Assembly: GCF_001447785.1 (NCBI RefSeq)
Contig: NW_015173718.1
Coordinates: 178,539 to 242,101, forward strand
Reading direction: 5' to 3'
Length of the DNA stretch: 63,563 nt
DNA from: Gekko japonicus
Lineage: Eukaryota
Shown: positions 51,716 through 63,563 of the stretch, piece after piece
How the letters are laid out: each line of letters starts with the position of its first letter
Numbering within the stretch: the first letter of the stretch is position 1
The notes under the pieces: generated by a model
Told to the model about the DNA's origin: nothing
The model's input: only the letters and a program-made list of their open reading frames with translations
Database searches by the model: none
Program-made: the position numbers and the translations under genes

Positions 51716-53798
51716 GTATGCGGGGGGAAGGCCGTGGTGGGGACCCGCTGCGGGTTGACCTTGAGAGGAGAAGGGGAGGTTGATATTGTTGTCGGCTCTC
51801 TTCCTGGCAGGGTTCTTGTGCCTTTAAGAAACACGCCGCAGGTAGAAACTCAACGGGTGAAGCCGTTCTTGCTACGTCTCACCTGGTGGATTTCTGCCTG
51901 CCCTGCCGCTCCATTGAAAGGATGGAAGTTTTGTGTCGCCTGGGGGTGGAAGCAAAGGCGCTGGCTCTGCTTAGGGGCAGGGGGCTGAAGCCTTGAATGG
52001 GGGAAGCCAGCACGGCAGCTCTAGCCAAGGGCTTTCATGTCAGAACTGCTCCTGAGCTCCAGTGGAGAAATGCAAGCTAAGAAATTGTGTCCATTCCAGT
52101 TGAGTTTGGCCTCCAGCAGTGGGCTGCTGCTCACAGTGGCAGGTAGCAGGGCCAGGGGCCAAGACAGCCCTGTAGCTAGGGGATTTTTGGGGAGGGGGCC
52201 GGGTGGGGGCCGCCAGCTAATAAAATCAAAGTTAATTAAATTACGGGGCCTGGAGCTCCCTGCTGGTGCCCGCTGGAGGTCACCGCCGGCTGTGGGGAGG
52301 ACACACTTCTGGTGATGTCAGGGGGTGTGGCATATGCTAATGAGTTATGCTAATGAGTCCCCCTAGCTCTTTTTCTACGAAATGACCCCTGCTCATAGCA
52401 TTCAGTTTTCTGACAGGCAAGTCAGAGGTGGTGAGTTGAGGCACTTTGGGGCCAGCCTGGGAGGGAGGGGCCCAGAAGAAATGCTAGGGGGGCGGGCCCC
52501 ATGGACCCCACATTAGCTACAGGCCTGGGCCAAGACCTGTTCCGAAGGCATCATGAAGGGCTGCTTGTCACCATCAAAAGCTAGTATGGTGCAGGGGTTA
52601 GAGCATTCATCCCAACGGGGTGCCATGATGCCCTCGGATGCATTTTATGGCACCCACTTTTCCCTTCCCTAAATCAAAGAGCCAGTCCTGGCTTGCCTTC
52701 ATCTCACTAGAGCCGGAGAGGCTTCTGGAGAAGCCAGGAAACGTCACTTTCATGTCTGCAGGTGGCACCCGTTTGGAAATGGCTGCCTCCATCATAGGGC
52801 TTGCAGCCTGCTAATGTTTGTGTGACTGGATCCAGGACTCATGGCGGTCATTTTAATTGAGTGCCCACTGCTTGTTCTCAAAATACCATAAATGCTTGCA
52901 GGTTCAATAGCATTGGAGACTCCTGTGTTAGAGTGTCCACTTAGGACCAGGGTTCAAATCCCAACTCAACCATAAATTTCTCTGTATGACCGTCGGCCAG
53001 GTATTCCCTCTTGGCCTAAGATGCCTTCCGAGGTTGTCATGAAGATAAAATGGAGCATGCCACCTTGAGCACCTTGGAAGAAAGGCAAGATCTAAACAAA
53101 ACAGGTTGCTGAGGCAAACAAGGGATTAATTTGAGTTGTGTTGGAACCAGTTTTTTCAGAGCTAAACCTTGTAGTCTGCAGAGCAATTGCAAAAAAGAAG
53201 GTCTTCCCCCCCCTACCATGCAGGGTATCTATATGTTGTGTCCAATGCTAGAGCAGAAAGTTGTAGTACTAGAATTATAGAGTTAGAAGGGGCCATACAG
53301 GCCGTCTAGTCCAACTCCCTGCTCAGTGCAGGATCAGCCTAGAGCATCCCTGACAAATGTTTGTCCAGCCGCTGCTTCAAGACTGCCAGTGAGGGGGAAC
53401 TCACCACCTCCTGAGACAGCTGAGTCCACTGCTGAACTAGTCTTACTGTAAAAACAAATCTCTAATATCCAACCAGTACCTTTCCACCATGGTTTTCCAA
53501 GTCCAATCCTCTGCTGCCAGCAGGAACAGCTTTCTGCCTTCCTCTAAGTGACAGCCCTTCAAATACTCGAAGAGTATCCTCAGAGTGAGTTTGTGAGAAG
53601 TGGAAATGTTTATGCCTGCGATCCAGTGAATATAGAAAGAGCGATCAGCTGACTTCAGTTATCCATGTGGGAACGGAGTAAAGGATGCTTCACCTTATTA
53701 AGATTACAGGTGCTGTAATTTTGCTACGCAACAGCCAGTATGCTGCCAGTTAGAGGACTGGGTACGTGGTGGATGTGGGAAAGCCACCTTCAATTCTT

Positions 53799-54513
53799 TT
53801 TTTTTTTACATTTTATTAGGATATAATAAACAAAGTCAAACATAAGTCACAAACTTTTATACTTATACATCCTCCCCCCCCCCCCCCCACAGTGCTCCAA
53901 CCTCCTGCTTCTGCTCCAACCTCCTGCTCATTACTTAGATCATCTTCATCCCACCCTTCTATTTTTTCTTCTTCACATATCCATAGGTAACTTCTCCCTC
54001 CATTTTTGTTTCTATATCCTAATCTATTTTTTTAATATCTGTTAACTTTCAATAATTGTCAAAGCTAAATAAACTATCCCTCACATCCCAATTCTTTTCC
54101 AGATAGTCTTTAAAGTCTTTCCAGTCTGCAATGAAGTCTTCTGCTTCCAAATTGTTAAGTTTCCTTGTCAATTTGTCCATTTCAACCATAAAAAGTAATT
54201 TCTTGATCCAGTCCCCAACTTCAGGCACTTTATCCTGCTTCCAACATTGAGCATATGCCATTCTGGCAGTTGTGATCATGTACCACATCCATGTCCTTTT
54301 TGCCACATTAACTTCCTCCATTTTAAGTCCCAAAAGTAGTATTTCCGGTTCTTTCTTAAATTTACATTTTACAATTTTTTCCATTGCGGCATGTATCTCA
54401 GCCCAATACCATTTTGCTTTTTTGCAGGTCCACCACATATGATAAAACGAGCCCTCTACCTTTTTACACTTCCAACATTTGTTTGACATATTACTATTCA
54501 TATTAGCAATCTT
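53799..54513 (-). mobile_element. 5'-truncated L1-clade LINE with an open ORF2 C-terminus
   Basis: CWKC...HMWWTC zinc knuckle in ORF 54049-54528, poly(A) tail, and a 20-bp TSD gaaagccaccttcaattctt (53779-53798, 54514-54533). Confidence 0.9.
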
Positions 54514-55037
54514 GAAAGCCACCTTCAATTCTTGCTCAGCCTGCAGCTTACTGGGTAGCTTTGGAGAGCCCTCAGCCTCATAAGGTTGTTGTGAACCTTA
54601 AAACGAGCTTTTCTTTGTTTTTCAGGGAATGAATGGAACATATAAGTGATAATGAGAATGAATGAATGAAGAGAGAGGGGTCAGGTTGCCATCACACAGC
54701 TGCAGTGTCCCCACTGGAAAAAATTAAAAAATTGGTTGGACAATGAGGCTGAACTCATAGAACGTGTTCGGACAAGGCTAGGTTTGCCTGCTTCAGATTG
54801 GGAAATACCTGGAGATTTTGGGGAGTCCGAGGAGAGCAGGATTTTGGGAGGGAAGGGACTTCGATGTGGTATATTGCCATAGATGCCACCTTTCAAAGCG
54901 GCCATTTTCTCCAGGTGAACTGAAGATCGGCTGTAATCCTAGGAGATCTCCAGCCACCATCTGGAGGTTGGGAATCGTAGCAAAGGCCTGAGTGGGCAAG
55001 TGCTGATTTGTACTAACGCTCTGACTTAATTTGGCAG

Positions 55038-55126
55038 CTCCAGTCCGCCACAGCAGCAGTCATGGGAAAAGAATGTTCGTCATCAAGGCAACAGAGTTCT
55101 ACGATAAGCGATTCTTGCGCTTGTTG
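55038..55126 (+). CDS. NDUFB5: NDUFB5 exon 2
   Basis: ggcag|(A)[29 protein letters not shown]|gtgagc, 89 nt. Confidence 0.95.
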
Positions 55127-55250
55127 GTGAGCTTAAACTGTTTGTTTTTTTAATCATGTCATGTCATGCGAGACGTTTTGACTATAAATAGTATTCTCTT
55201 AGTTCTTATGGATTTTCCGGGCTGTGTGGCCGTCGTCTTGGCATTGTAGG

Positions 55251-55293
55251 ACCTGACGTTTCGCCAGCAGCTGTGACTGGCATCCTCAGAGAT
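55251..55293 (-). ncRNA. Minimal type I hammerhead ribozyme motif in a Penelope-like terminal repeat
   Basis: Minus strand: atct-CTGAGGA-t-gccag(tcacagctg)ctggc-GAAA-cGTC-aggt. Intact core, 5-bp helix II, 4-bp helix I, GUC cleavage site. Confidence 0.65.
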
Positions 55294-57509
55294 ATAACAC
55301 AGAAAGATGGANNNNNNNNNNNNNNNNNNNNNNNNNNNNNNNNNNNNNNNNNNNNNNNNNNNNNNNNNNNNNNNNNNNNNNNNNNNNNNNNNNNNNNNNN
55401 NNNNNNNNNNNNNNNNNNNNNNNNNNNNNNNNNNNNNNNNNNNNNNNNNNNNNNNNNNNNNNNNNNNNNNNNNNNNNNNNNNNNNNNNNNNNNNNNNNNN
55501 NNNNNNNNNNNNNNNNNNNNNNNNNNNNNNNNNNNNNNNNNNNNNNNNNNNNNNNNNNNNNNNNNNNNNNNNNNNNNNNNNNNNNNNNNNNNNNNNNNNN
55601 NNNNNNNNNNNNNNNNNNNNNNNNNNNNNNNNNNNNNNNNNNNNNNNNNNNNNNNNNNNNNNNNNNNNNNNNNNNNNNNNNNNNNNNNNNNNNNNNNNNN
55701 NNNNNNNNNNNNNNNNNNNNNNNNNNNNNNNNNNNNNNNNNNNNNNNNNNNNNNNNNNNNNNNNNNNNNNNNNNNNNNNNNNNNNNNNNNNNNNNNNNNN
55801 NNNNNNNNNNNNNNNNCCCTCTCCCTTTCGACCTTCTGTGGCGTCCAAAAACTTTGTTCCAGGGAGCCTTTGAAATCAGATGAGGGATTACTTTTCCGGC
55901 ACCAAAGAATTTTCTTTGTAGGTTTGGTTCCTTGTTAGTTTCTTCTGTCTTATTGGTGCTTGGTTTTATTGCTGGGGGCTTTTGGGGGGGCTTTTTTTTG
56001 TGAGCCACCTTAAATACTTGTGGAAAGGCAAGATCTAAATCAGGGACCCCCAGTATGGCACCCAGAGGCGCTAATGGTGCCCACCAACAACTCTTCTGGT
56101 GTTTTTAGAAAGTGGGTGGGTTTTCCCTGCCTCGTAGGGTTTCTGATTGCCCATCTGAGAAAGATTAAAACAACATTTCAGCAATAACTGCCGCTACCGG
56201 CAGTGTTCCCTCTAAGCTGAGTTAGTGTGAGATAGCTCACAGTTTTTCAGCCTCCAGCTCACAGATTTCTGTCTTAGCTCAGGAAGGATGGCTCCAGAGC
56301 AAACTGATTTATGCAGTAGCCAAATCGCTCGCTCACAACTTTAATGCCAGAAGCTCACAAAGTAGAATTTTTGCTCACAAGACTCCACAGATTAGAGGGA
56401 GCATTGGCTGCCGGGTTGGTTTTATTCGCTCTCTGTCTCTTCTTTCCCAATGTATTTTTAAAGTTTACCTTTCTTATCCCCTGCACTTCTTATCCCCAGG
56501 TGGCTATTCTGTGGTTGTGCCCGTCATGCTGTGTCAGAATTCAAAATGTTCCCACAGGCTCAAAAAGGCTGGTGATCCCTGATCTAAATGGTCTAAACAG
56601 ATAAATGTATGTGGTCTCCTGAGCTTGACAGATACAGCAGAGGGAGACCATGAGCAGCATCTTGGTGTTGCCCAAGAGGCTAGCCACTCTTTTTCAAAAG
56701 TGGCTTGTCTCTTCAGCGGTGGTGCTTGCAGCAGCAAGAACAACAAGCAGGCGTCCCAGCTGCATGCTCCCTATGTGCGTTGTTTCTTTGAACACATGAA
56801 GCTGCCTTATCCTGACTTAGACCATTGGTTCATCTGAGTCAGTGCTGTCTACTCCGACTGGCAGTGGCTCTCCAGGGTCTCAGGCTGAGGTCTTTCGCAT
56901 CACCTACTGCCTGGTTCTTTTACCTGGAGATGCCAGGGATTGAACCTGGGACCTTCTGCATGCCATGGAGATGCTCTACCACTGAGCTACAGTCCTTCCT
57001 TGCCAGTGAAGAGATCGAAAAGCAGTGCAGTTTTGGGGAGGCCAGTATGCATGAATGAGGGGTAATAATTCTGGGTTGGAAACGAGGGCCCTGTTTCCAT
57101 CTCTGCAATTTCTCACAGTTTAGAAAATATCAGAAAATGTCAAGTATTTGAGGAGCTGGATTGGAGCCCAGTAGCGCCTTAGAGGTCAACAAGATTTTCG
57201 GGGTATACGTTTTGTGAGTCAAAACTCCCTGTGATGAAGGGAGTTTTGACTCTCGAAATCTCGTACCCCAGAAATCACATTGGCCTCTAATGTGCTACTG
57301 GACTTGAATCCAGCTCTTCTACTAACACGGTAACCGTCCTGAAATTTGGAGTAATGGACAATGCCTTTTGTGATGCCCTCTGCCCAAAGCTCATCAGATT
57401 TCTCTGACTGTATAAGAAAATGGTCCACATTTACTGGAGGCCGCAGGAAAATCGAAGGCATTACGTGCTTTGAACCGTAACTATTTTGCTTTTCTCCTTT
57501 TCCAAACAG

Positions 57510-57576
57510 AAATTCTATATTCTTTTAACCGGGATACCCATAGTTATCTTTGTAACGCTTGTCAATGTCTTCATTG
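57510..57576 (+). CDS. NDUFB5: NDUFB5 exon 3 (transmembrane helix)
   Basis: aacag|KFYILLTGIPIVIFVTLVNVFI|gtgagt, 67 nt. Confidence 0.95.
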
Positions 57577-60500
57577 GTGAGTATTTTTGTCAGCTTGGCT
57601 TACAGACATTATGATTTGAAGTGTTAAGAACTGCTAACTATTGTAACGAAGCAAGTAGTTGCATCTTTTAATGCTGGGGTGGGGAGGTGTATTTGAAGCA
57701 ACATGGAATCTGGTTTGCTGGTACTGGATAATAAGGAGCTCCGTGCTAGGAGGGGGAGGAGGAGATTGGATTTATACCCCGCCCTTCACTCGGAGTCTCA
57801 GAGCAGCTTACAAACTCCTTTCCCTTCCCCTCCCCGTAACAGACACCCTGTGAGGTAGGTGGGGCTGAGAGAGCTCTGATAGAAACTGCTCTTTTCAAGG
57901 ACAGCTCTTATCCGAACTATGGCTTGCCCAAGGTCATCCAGCAGCTGCAACTGGAGTTGTGGGGAATCAAACTCGGTTATCCCAGAATAGAATCCGCGCA
58001 CTTAACCACTACACCAAACTGGCTCTCAGTGGAAGTGAAGTCTACAGCAGTTCTATTTTTTCATGGTTTCAGAGGACAGTGAGGGACAATGCTGTGTTTT
58101 CATTTTTCTTTTCGTTTTGGGAGGGAACTGGTTTGGGTTCTGGAGACAGATGATCTCTTCTGTGTTTAAATTAAAAGGGTTGGGCTTCGTGCAGGGGGGA
58201 GGTGTTGTTTAGGTCACTTACACAAGGGTTGCTTCCCCCCCACCCTCTGCTTCCCTACATGAGAACATAAGAGAAGCCAATGTTGGATCAGGCCAATGGC
58301 CCATCCAGTCCAACACTGTGCCACACAGTGGCCTAAAATACCAGGTGCCATCAGAAGGTCCAGAAGTGGGGCCAGGACATTAGAAGCCCTCCCACTGTTG
58401 GCCCCCTCCCCAAACTCCAAGAATACAGAGCATCACTTGCCCCAGCCTGAGAGTTCCTATCTATACCTTGTGGCCAATAGCCACTGATGGACCTCTGCTC
58501 CATATGTTTCTCCAATTCCCTCTTGAAGCCATCCATGTTTGTAGCCGCCACCACCTCCTGTGGCAGTGAATTCCATGCATTAATCACTCTTTGGGTGAAG
58601 AAGGACTTCCTTTTATCTGTTCTAACCCGACTGCTCAGCAATTTCATTGAGTGCCCATTGAGCTTGGTGATACTTCTGTGTGCCTCCCAGGGTTTCCCTG
58701 CCTTTGCCAAACTTGCATTGCTGCAACGTTTTGGGGGGAATCACAGCAAAGCCAGGGTGACACTCATGTGAACACGAAAGTCTGGACCTTGGCAGTCTCA
58801 CCCACATCAACGTCTTTCTCCTGCCCCAAGCCCCTCTGGTGATCTCCGCCTCCTGCCCCCACACACATCAGGAGGGCTTTGAAAACAGTCAGCTATTGAC
58901 ATATCAATATAGCATTATAACGTTACTAGGAAAAAGGCCCGTTGTGGAAATAAATACAACGGCCTCTAGAAAGAGGCTCTGGGCGGGTGCCCCGGCCTTG
59001 GACACTCAGTGTCAGTTTGCTGTGGCAACCTCAGCAGGGTATAATGACACTGAGCTCTCCAGGCTCCATCCCTCACATCTCCAGGAATTTCCCACCTGGA
59101 GTTGGCAACCCTATCTCCTTCCCAGCCAATCATCAACCTACCTTTATTTCCCCCTCACTCTTCAGCTTTCCACCCCCCACACCTGCAGCCTCTCCCGTGC
59201 TCTGAAGCCCTGACTGCTACGTCACATTGGCTGTCATACGGGGGCCACCTCAGCAGCATATAAGGATACAGAGCCCACCATTTTCTCCAGGGGAACTGAT
59301 CTCTGCCATCTGGAAAGCAGTTGTAATTCTGAGGGATCTCCAGCCCTCACCTGGAGATTGGACACATTTTACCTCAGAACAGCAAAACTGTTTAGAATGT
59401 TAGAGGCAAAAAGCCTATCAAGTTGCATATGCAAACGACCTCTGTGTTCCGAGGCAGAGGCCAATGAGGCTGCATATGCAAATAACCTCTGTTATGACTG
59501 GCTATCGGGGGGAGAGGATTAGCAAAATGTTTAGAATGTTGGAGGCAGGACTCACGCAAAGCAGCCAGTGGATAGGGAGACCTTTGAATGACAGGTCAGA
59601 GAGCGAACTGATTTTGGAGCGTGTGGAATGTTCTAGAGAAGTGCCACCACCATTCGGCTTTTATTTATAAGGGAGATAACAATCTGTCTAACAGGTTTCA
59701 TTTTAAAAAGCAAGTCTCTAACCCCTTACCTTGTGGAGATATGCCTTTCCCCTTGTATCTCTGCAATGAAAGGGGCGTCAGATTTAAAAACAACAACTGG
59801 GAATTCAGAGAACCAGGTAGACAACTTGTTATAATGTGTTGTCAATTGTTGCTGTTTTAAGGGAAAAAACCCCAAAGCTGCCCTTGGTGGTGTGGGTAGT
59901 ATAGCCGCCACAGAGGCAGGGAGAATGCTCGGAAAGCTGCCACATGGAAGCCCTGCTGCTGCTGTGCTATATCAGCAGCAGCAATAGTGAAGCCCTAAAA
60001 GGCCCCCCCCCCAGTATGGAAAACACCTTAAAGTCTTCTGTGCCATTGAACGGGATCATTGCAGAAGTAAAGAATGCATGGAATTTGCTACTGTGACTAA
60101 CAATGGGTTGGGATTGCACATATTTGATAAATTGATGCTGAGTGTGTGGGTTGATTCCACTGAAAAGCATGAAGAAAAGTACAGTTGTGGTCACCGTTCT
60201 TAGAGCTGGACAGTTGCAGCTGGGCCTTTCACAGAAACTGAACGTTCAGCGATTCCCAGGCGATGCTGTTTCTCTCCTGCCAGTTCAGTGTAGTGGTTAA
60301 GAGTGGTGGACTCTAATCTGGAAAACTGGGTTTGATTCCCCACTCCTCCACAGGCAGCCAGCTGGGTGACCTTGGGTCAGTCACAAGATTTCTCAAGAGC
60401 TCTCTCAGCCCTACCTACCTCACAGGGTGTCTGTTGTGGGGAGAGGAAGAGGAGATTGTAAGCTGCTCTGAGACTCCCAAGTGAAGGGTGGGGTATAACT

Positions 60501-60898
60501 CCAACTCTTCTTCCTGTTCCTCTTCCTCCTCCTCCCTCTTCGCTTTCTTCTTCCTTCTTTCTCCTTCTTCTTCTCCCTTCTCCCCCTCTTCCCCCCTTGG
60601 GTGAACATTTTCACCTGTGGGCTTCTGTACATCAAGATCTGCTGCATATTCCATTTTGTTTGTCTCTTTGAGCAAGAACGAATCCAGCAAAGAAAGAGAA
60701 CGTAAGTCCATAAAGCGACAAAACTTCAAGGCAGTTCCTTTGCTGCATATTTTTAAGACTCCTAGAAAAGGGGTGAACTCTGCTGATCCGACACATTCTT
60801 TATTGAAAATAAGCAGTGAACTTGTTCCTGAACAACTGTACACAGGATTGGGCTATGATGCCTCTTGAATTAATAGTGGCCCTTTGAAGGAAGTATGT

Positions 60899-61015
60899 TG
60901 TTGATATACTGCAGACCTGCAAGAAAGACCCCTTGTTTCTAGCAGGCAGGCTTCTCGGCGAAGCCCGCCTGCTAGAAACAAGGGGTCTTTTTTGCAGGTC
61001 TGCGGTATATCAACA
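60899..61015. repeat. Near-perfect hairpin, 56-bp arms and 5-nt loop
   Basis: 60899-60954 pairs with 60960-61015 with 3 non-Watson-Crick positions. Confidence 0.9.
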
Positions 61016-61906
61016 TAACATCCTTATAATTAGAGTTGCTCGCTGGCCTGGAGAAATAAGTCCTGTCCCTTCACTGGGCTGTTACGCATCAGGTGATATA
61101 ATTTCCTTTCCTGTCATGAAAATCGTCATCTGCCTATTTTTACATGTGAAACGTCTGTCAAAGAGACAGGGCATTTCCCCCCAGGCCGGTTGACAACCTC
61201 ATTTAGAAACGGACTATAATTTGTTGGGACTGTGGCTGGGTTATGCATATCCTAACATTTGAATGTTCCCACCTTGTGTCGCTGCTTGTGGTTTGGAAAA
61301 AATATTTATTTTGTTTCTCTGTTTTTTTATCTCCCCCGGTGCTTTTCTGCTTTTGTTTCTGCTTCCTTGTGCTTTTACTATAACAGGACTTACCTTTGAA
61401 ATAGTGAGCAGGGGATTGGGTTTGGTTCTGTTGCAAGCTCTAATGGGCTAAATCAATTCCCAACATGGTGCTCGCCAGTGTTCCCTCTAAGATGAGTTAG
61501 TGTGAGCTAGCTCACAGTTTTTTAGCCTCCAGCTCGCATATTTTTGTCTCAGCTCAGGAAGGAGGGCTCCAGAGCAAACTGATTTATGCAGCAGCCAAAT
61601 CGCTCGCTCACGGCTTTGATGCCAGTAGCTCACAAAGTAGAATTTTTGCTCACCCGACTCCACAGCTTAGAGGGAGCATTGGTGCCCGCCATTTGTTGCT
61701 GTGCCCACCCATGCCGTGTCAGCATTCCAAATGTGCCCGCAGGCTCAAAAAGGTTGGGCACCCCTGGGCTAGACTGGTTTTTGTTTCCACGGGGTTGGGA
61801 ACGGTTTGGATGTCGGCTGGCTGTTTTGATCCACATAAGCTGCCCTGAAAGCCTTTGCGCCTGAGATGCAAACGAATAACAACAATCGATCATTTCCTCC
61901 AATCAG

Positions 61907-61968
61907 GTGAAGCGGAACTGGCCGAGATTCCGGAAGGTTACGTTCCAGAGCATTGGGAGTACCACAGG
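61907..61968 (+). CDS. NDUFB5: NDUFB5 exon 4
   Basis: atcag|(G)[20 protein letters not shown]|gtgagt, 62 nt. Confidence 0.95.
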
Positions 61969-63563
61969 GTGAGTACGTGACTGAAGAGAGAATGGCAGTG
62001 GCCGCAAAGCAAGCGTGGGAAGGGAGTGCTTGGGAGTTCAAACAGCTGGGGAGATGAGCCATTGGGAGTGTTCTTGGTCTGGAACCGGAGAAACAAAGCG
62101 TGTTTGAGTAAAGGGCCATCACGTCGCAGCTGACTTAAGGGCGACCCCAGCCAGGGGCTTTCCAGGCAAGTGAGAAGCAGAGGTGGTTGGCCATTGCCTT
62201 CCTCCGCAGAGTCTTCCTTGGTGGACCAGTCTCTCTCCTGAGTACTGACCCTCCTTAGCTTCTGAGATCTGACAAGGGCTGGCAGGAAAATTCTCAGCTT
62301 GAGTCTGGGCCTGTCTCCATTCTACCTAGCGAGAACTTTTCAGCTATCCCGAAGCGGACTTCTATTCCTTCACACACACCCCTCCCTGCCCCTTCTTTTG
62401 GGCTGTACACTTAGATTCTAAACTGAAAAATCAATTGAACATTAAAAGAGATGGGGGGTCTTTCTCCCTCGGCTTGGCTCACGGACCTTCCCATTGATAT
62501 AAATAAGGTTGTGGAAGTTTTAAGAGAAGGGCTTTTGATATACCTGTGTGTGTGAATGCACACATCTCTGTCCTCATATTTACTAAGCTGGTCCTCCTCT
62601 TGCAAGTCCTCACCACTAGGGGAGAGAAGACTGTAAGGATTTCCCCGCTTGATTGGTTCTGCTTCCAACTAGCGCAAGCCAGATGGCCTTTGTCCATTGC
62701 CTGGTAGGGCAAGACGATGGAGGAGGAGGAGGGGAGCTGGATTTATACCCCGCCCTTCACTACCCGAAGGAGTCTCAGAGTGGCTTACAATCTCCTTTCC
62801 CTTCTCTGCACAACAGATGCCCTGTGAGGCAGGTAGGGCTGAGAGAGCTCTCTCGAGAACTGCCCTTGAACAGCTTCAAAAGAACTTATGACTGACCCAA
62901 GGTCACCCAACAGCTGCATGTGGAGGAGTGGGGAATCAAACTTGGTTCTCCAAGATTAGAATCTGTGCTCTTAACCACTACGCCAAACTGACAATAATTT
63001 GCTGCTTGATCAGCTAAATAATGGGTAACTAGCTCATGAGCTTTCCTCCTGTAGAAGGAGCTTTCCACTGGAGCAAAGGACTTCTGCTCATGGAACGGAA
63101 CACTATAGTTGGAACACTGTATCTGGGGCAGTGATGCTCTGTATCCTTGATGCTTGGGGGGGGGGGGCAACAGTGGGAGGGCTTCTGGAGTTCTGTCCCC
63201 GCTGGTGGACCTCCTGATGGCACCTGGTATTTGTAGCCAATGTGTGACAGAGAGCATTGGACTGGATGGCCCATTGGTCTGATCCAAGATTGCTTCTCTT
63301 ATGTTCTTATGTCTGGGGCAGTGATGCTCTGTATCCTTGGTGCTTGGGGGGGACCACAGTGGGAGGGCTTCTGGAGTTCTGGCCATGCTAGTGGACCTCC
63401 TGATGGCACCTGGTATTTTTGGCCACTGTGTGACAGAGGGTATTGGACTGGATGGGCCATTGGTCTGATCCAGCATGGCTTCTCTTATGTTCTTAACGGC
63501 TCCAACCCAACACCACCAGTCTGTGCGCTGATGACTTTTCTGTTTTCAAAGCCAGGAGCAATC

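Larger units (their letters stand above)
51589..61968 (+). other. NDUFB5: NDUFB5 (complex I SGDH subunit) gene span, exons 1-4; continues beyond the window
   Basis: Four phase-compatible exons: MAAMSLL...; [14 protein letters not shown]; FYILLTGIP; [18 protein letters not shown]. Confidence 0.95.

Noticed and set aside
54049-54528. 159-aa Cys/Trp-rich ORF as a possible host zinc-finger gene
   Set aside because: It is an L1 ORF2 C-terminus bounded by a poly(A) tail and a 20-bp TSD; its apparent start lies within the TSD.

Overview
Vertebrate nuclear DNA from a draft assembly with six N gaps. The repeats (Sauria SINEs with ACCTTT tails, Squam3-like tRNA SINEs, CR1, L2, L1, RTE, Penelope-like elements, hAT MITEs) point to a squamate, probably a gecko. 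Four intron-containing genes were recognised from their translations and splice sites. NIFK exons 1-2 (- strand) lie head-to-head with a complete 14-exon ACTL6A (+, 429 aa, one U12-type intron). MRPL47 (-, 6 of 7 exons seen) and NDUFB5 exons 1-4 (+) share a 285-bp bidirectional promoter. Almost all ORFs in the supplied track are incidental. Most notable: (1) a SINE inserted exactly at the ACTL6A exon 13 splice acceptor, duplicating it, so that the SINE's (CTT)n tail now forms the working polypyrimidine tract, with a similar case at exon 10; (2) an intact phase-0 126-nt collagen Gly-X-Y exon downstream of NIFK exon 2 on the same strand and frame; (3) NIFK in a position not syntenic with human; (4) Penelope-derived elements carrying hammerhead ribozyme cores, several as fold-back palindromes; (5) duplicated ACTL6A exons 8 and 11, probably uncollapsed haplotypes. 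Gene and repeat-family names come from recall of known sequences, not from database searches.
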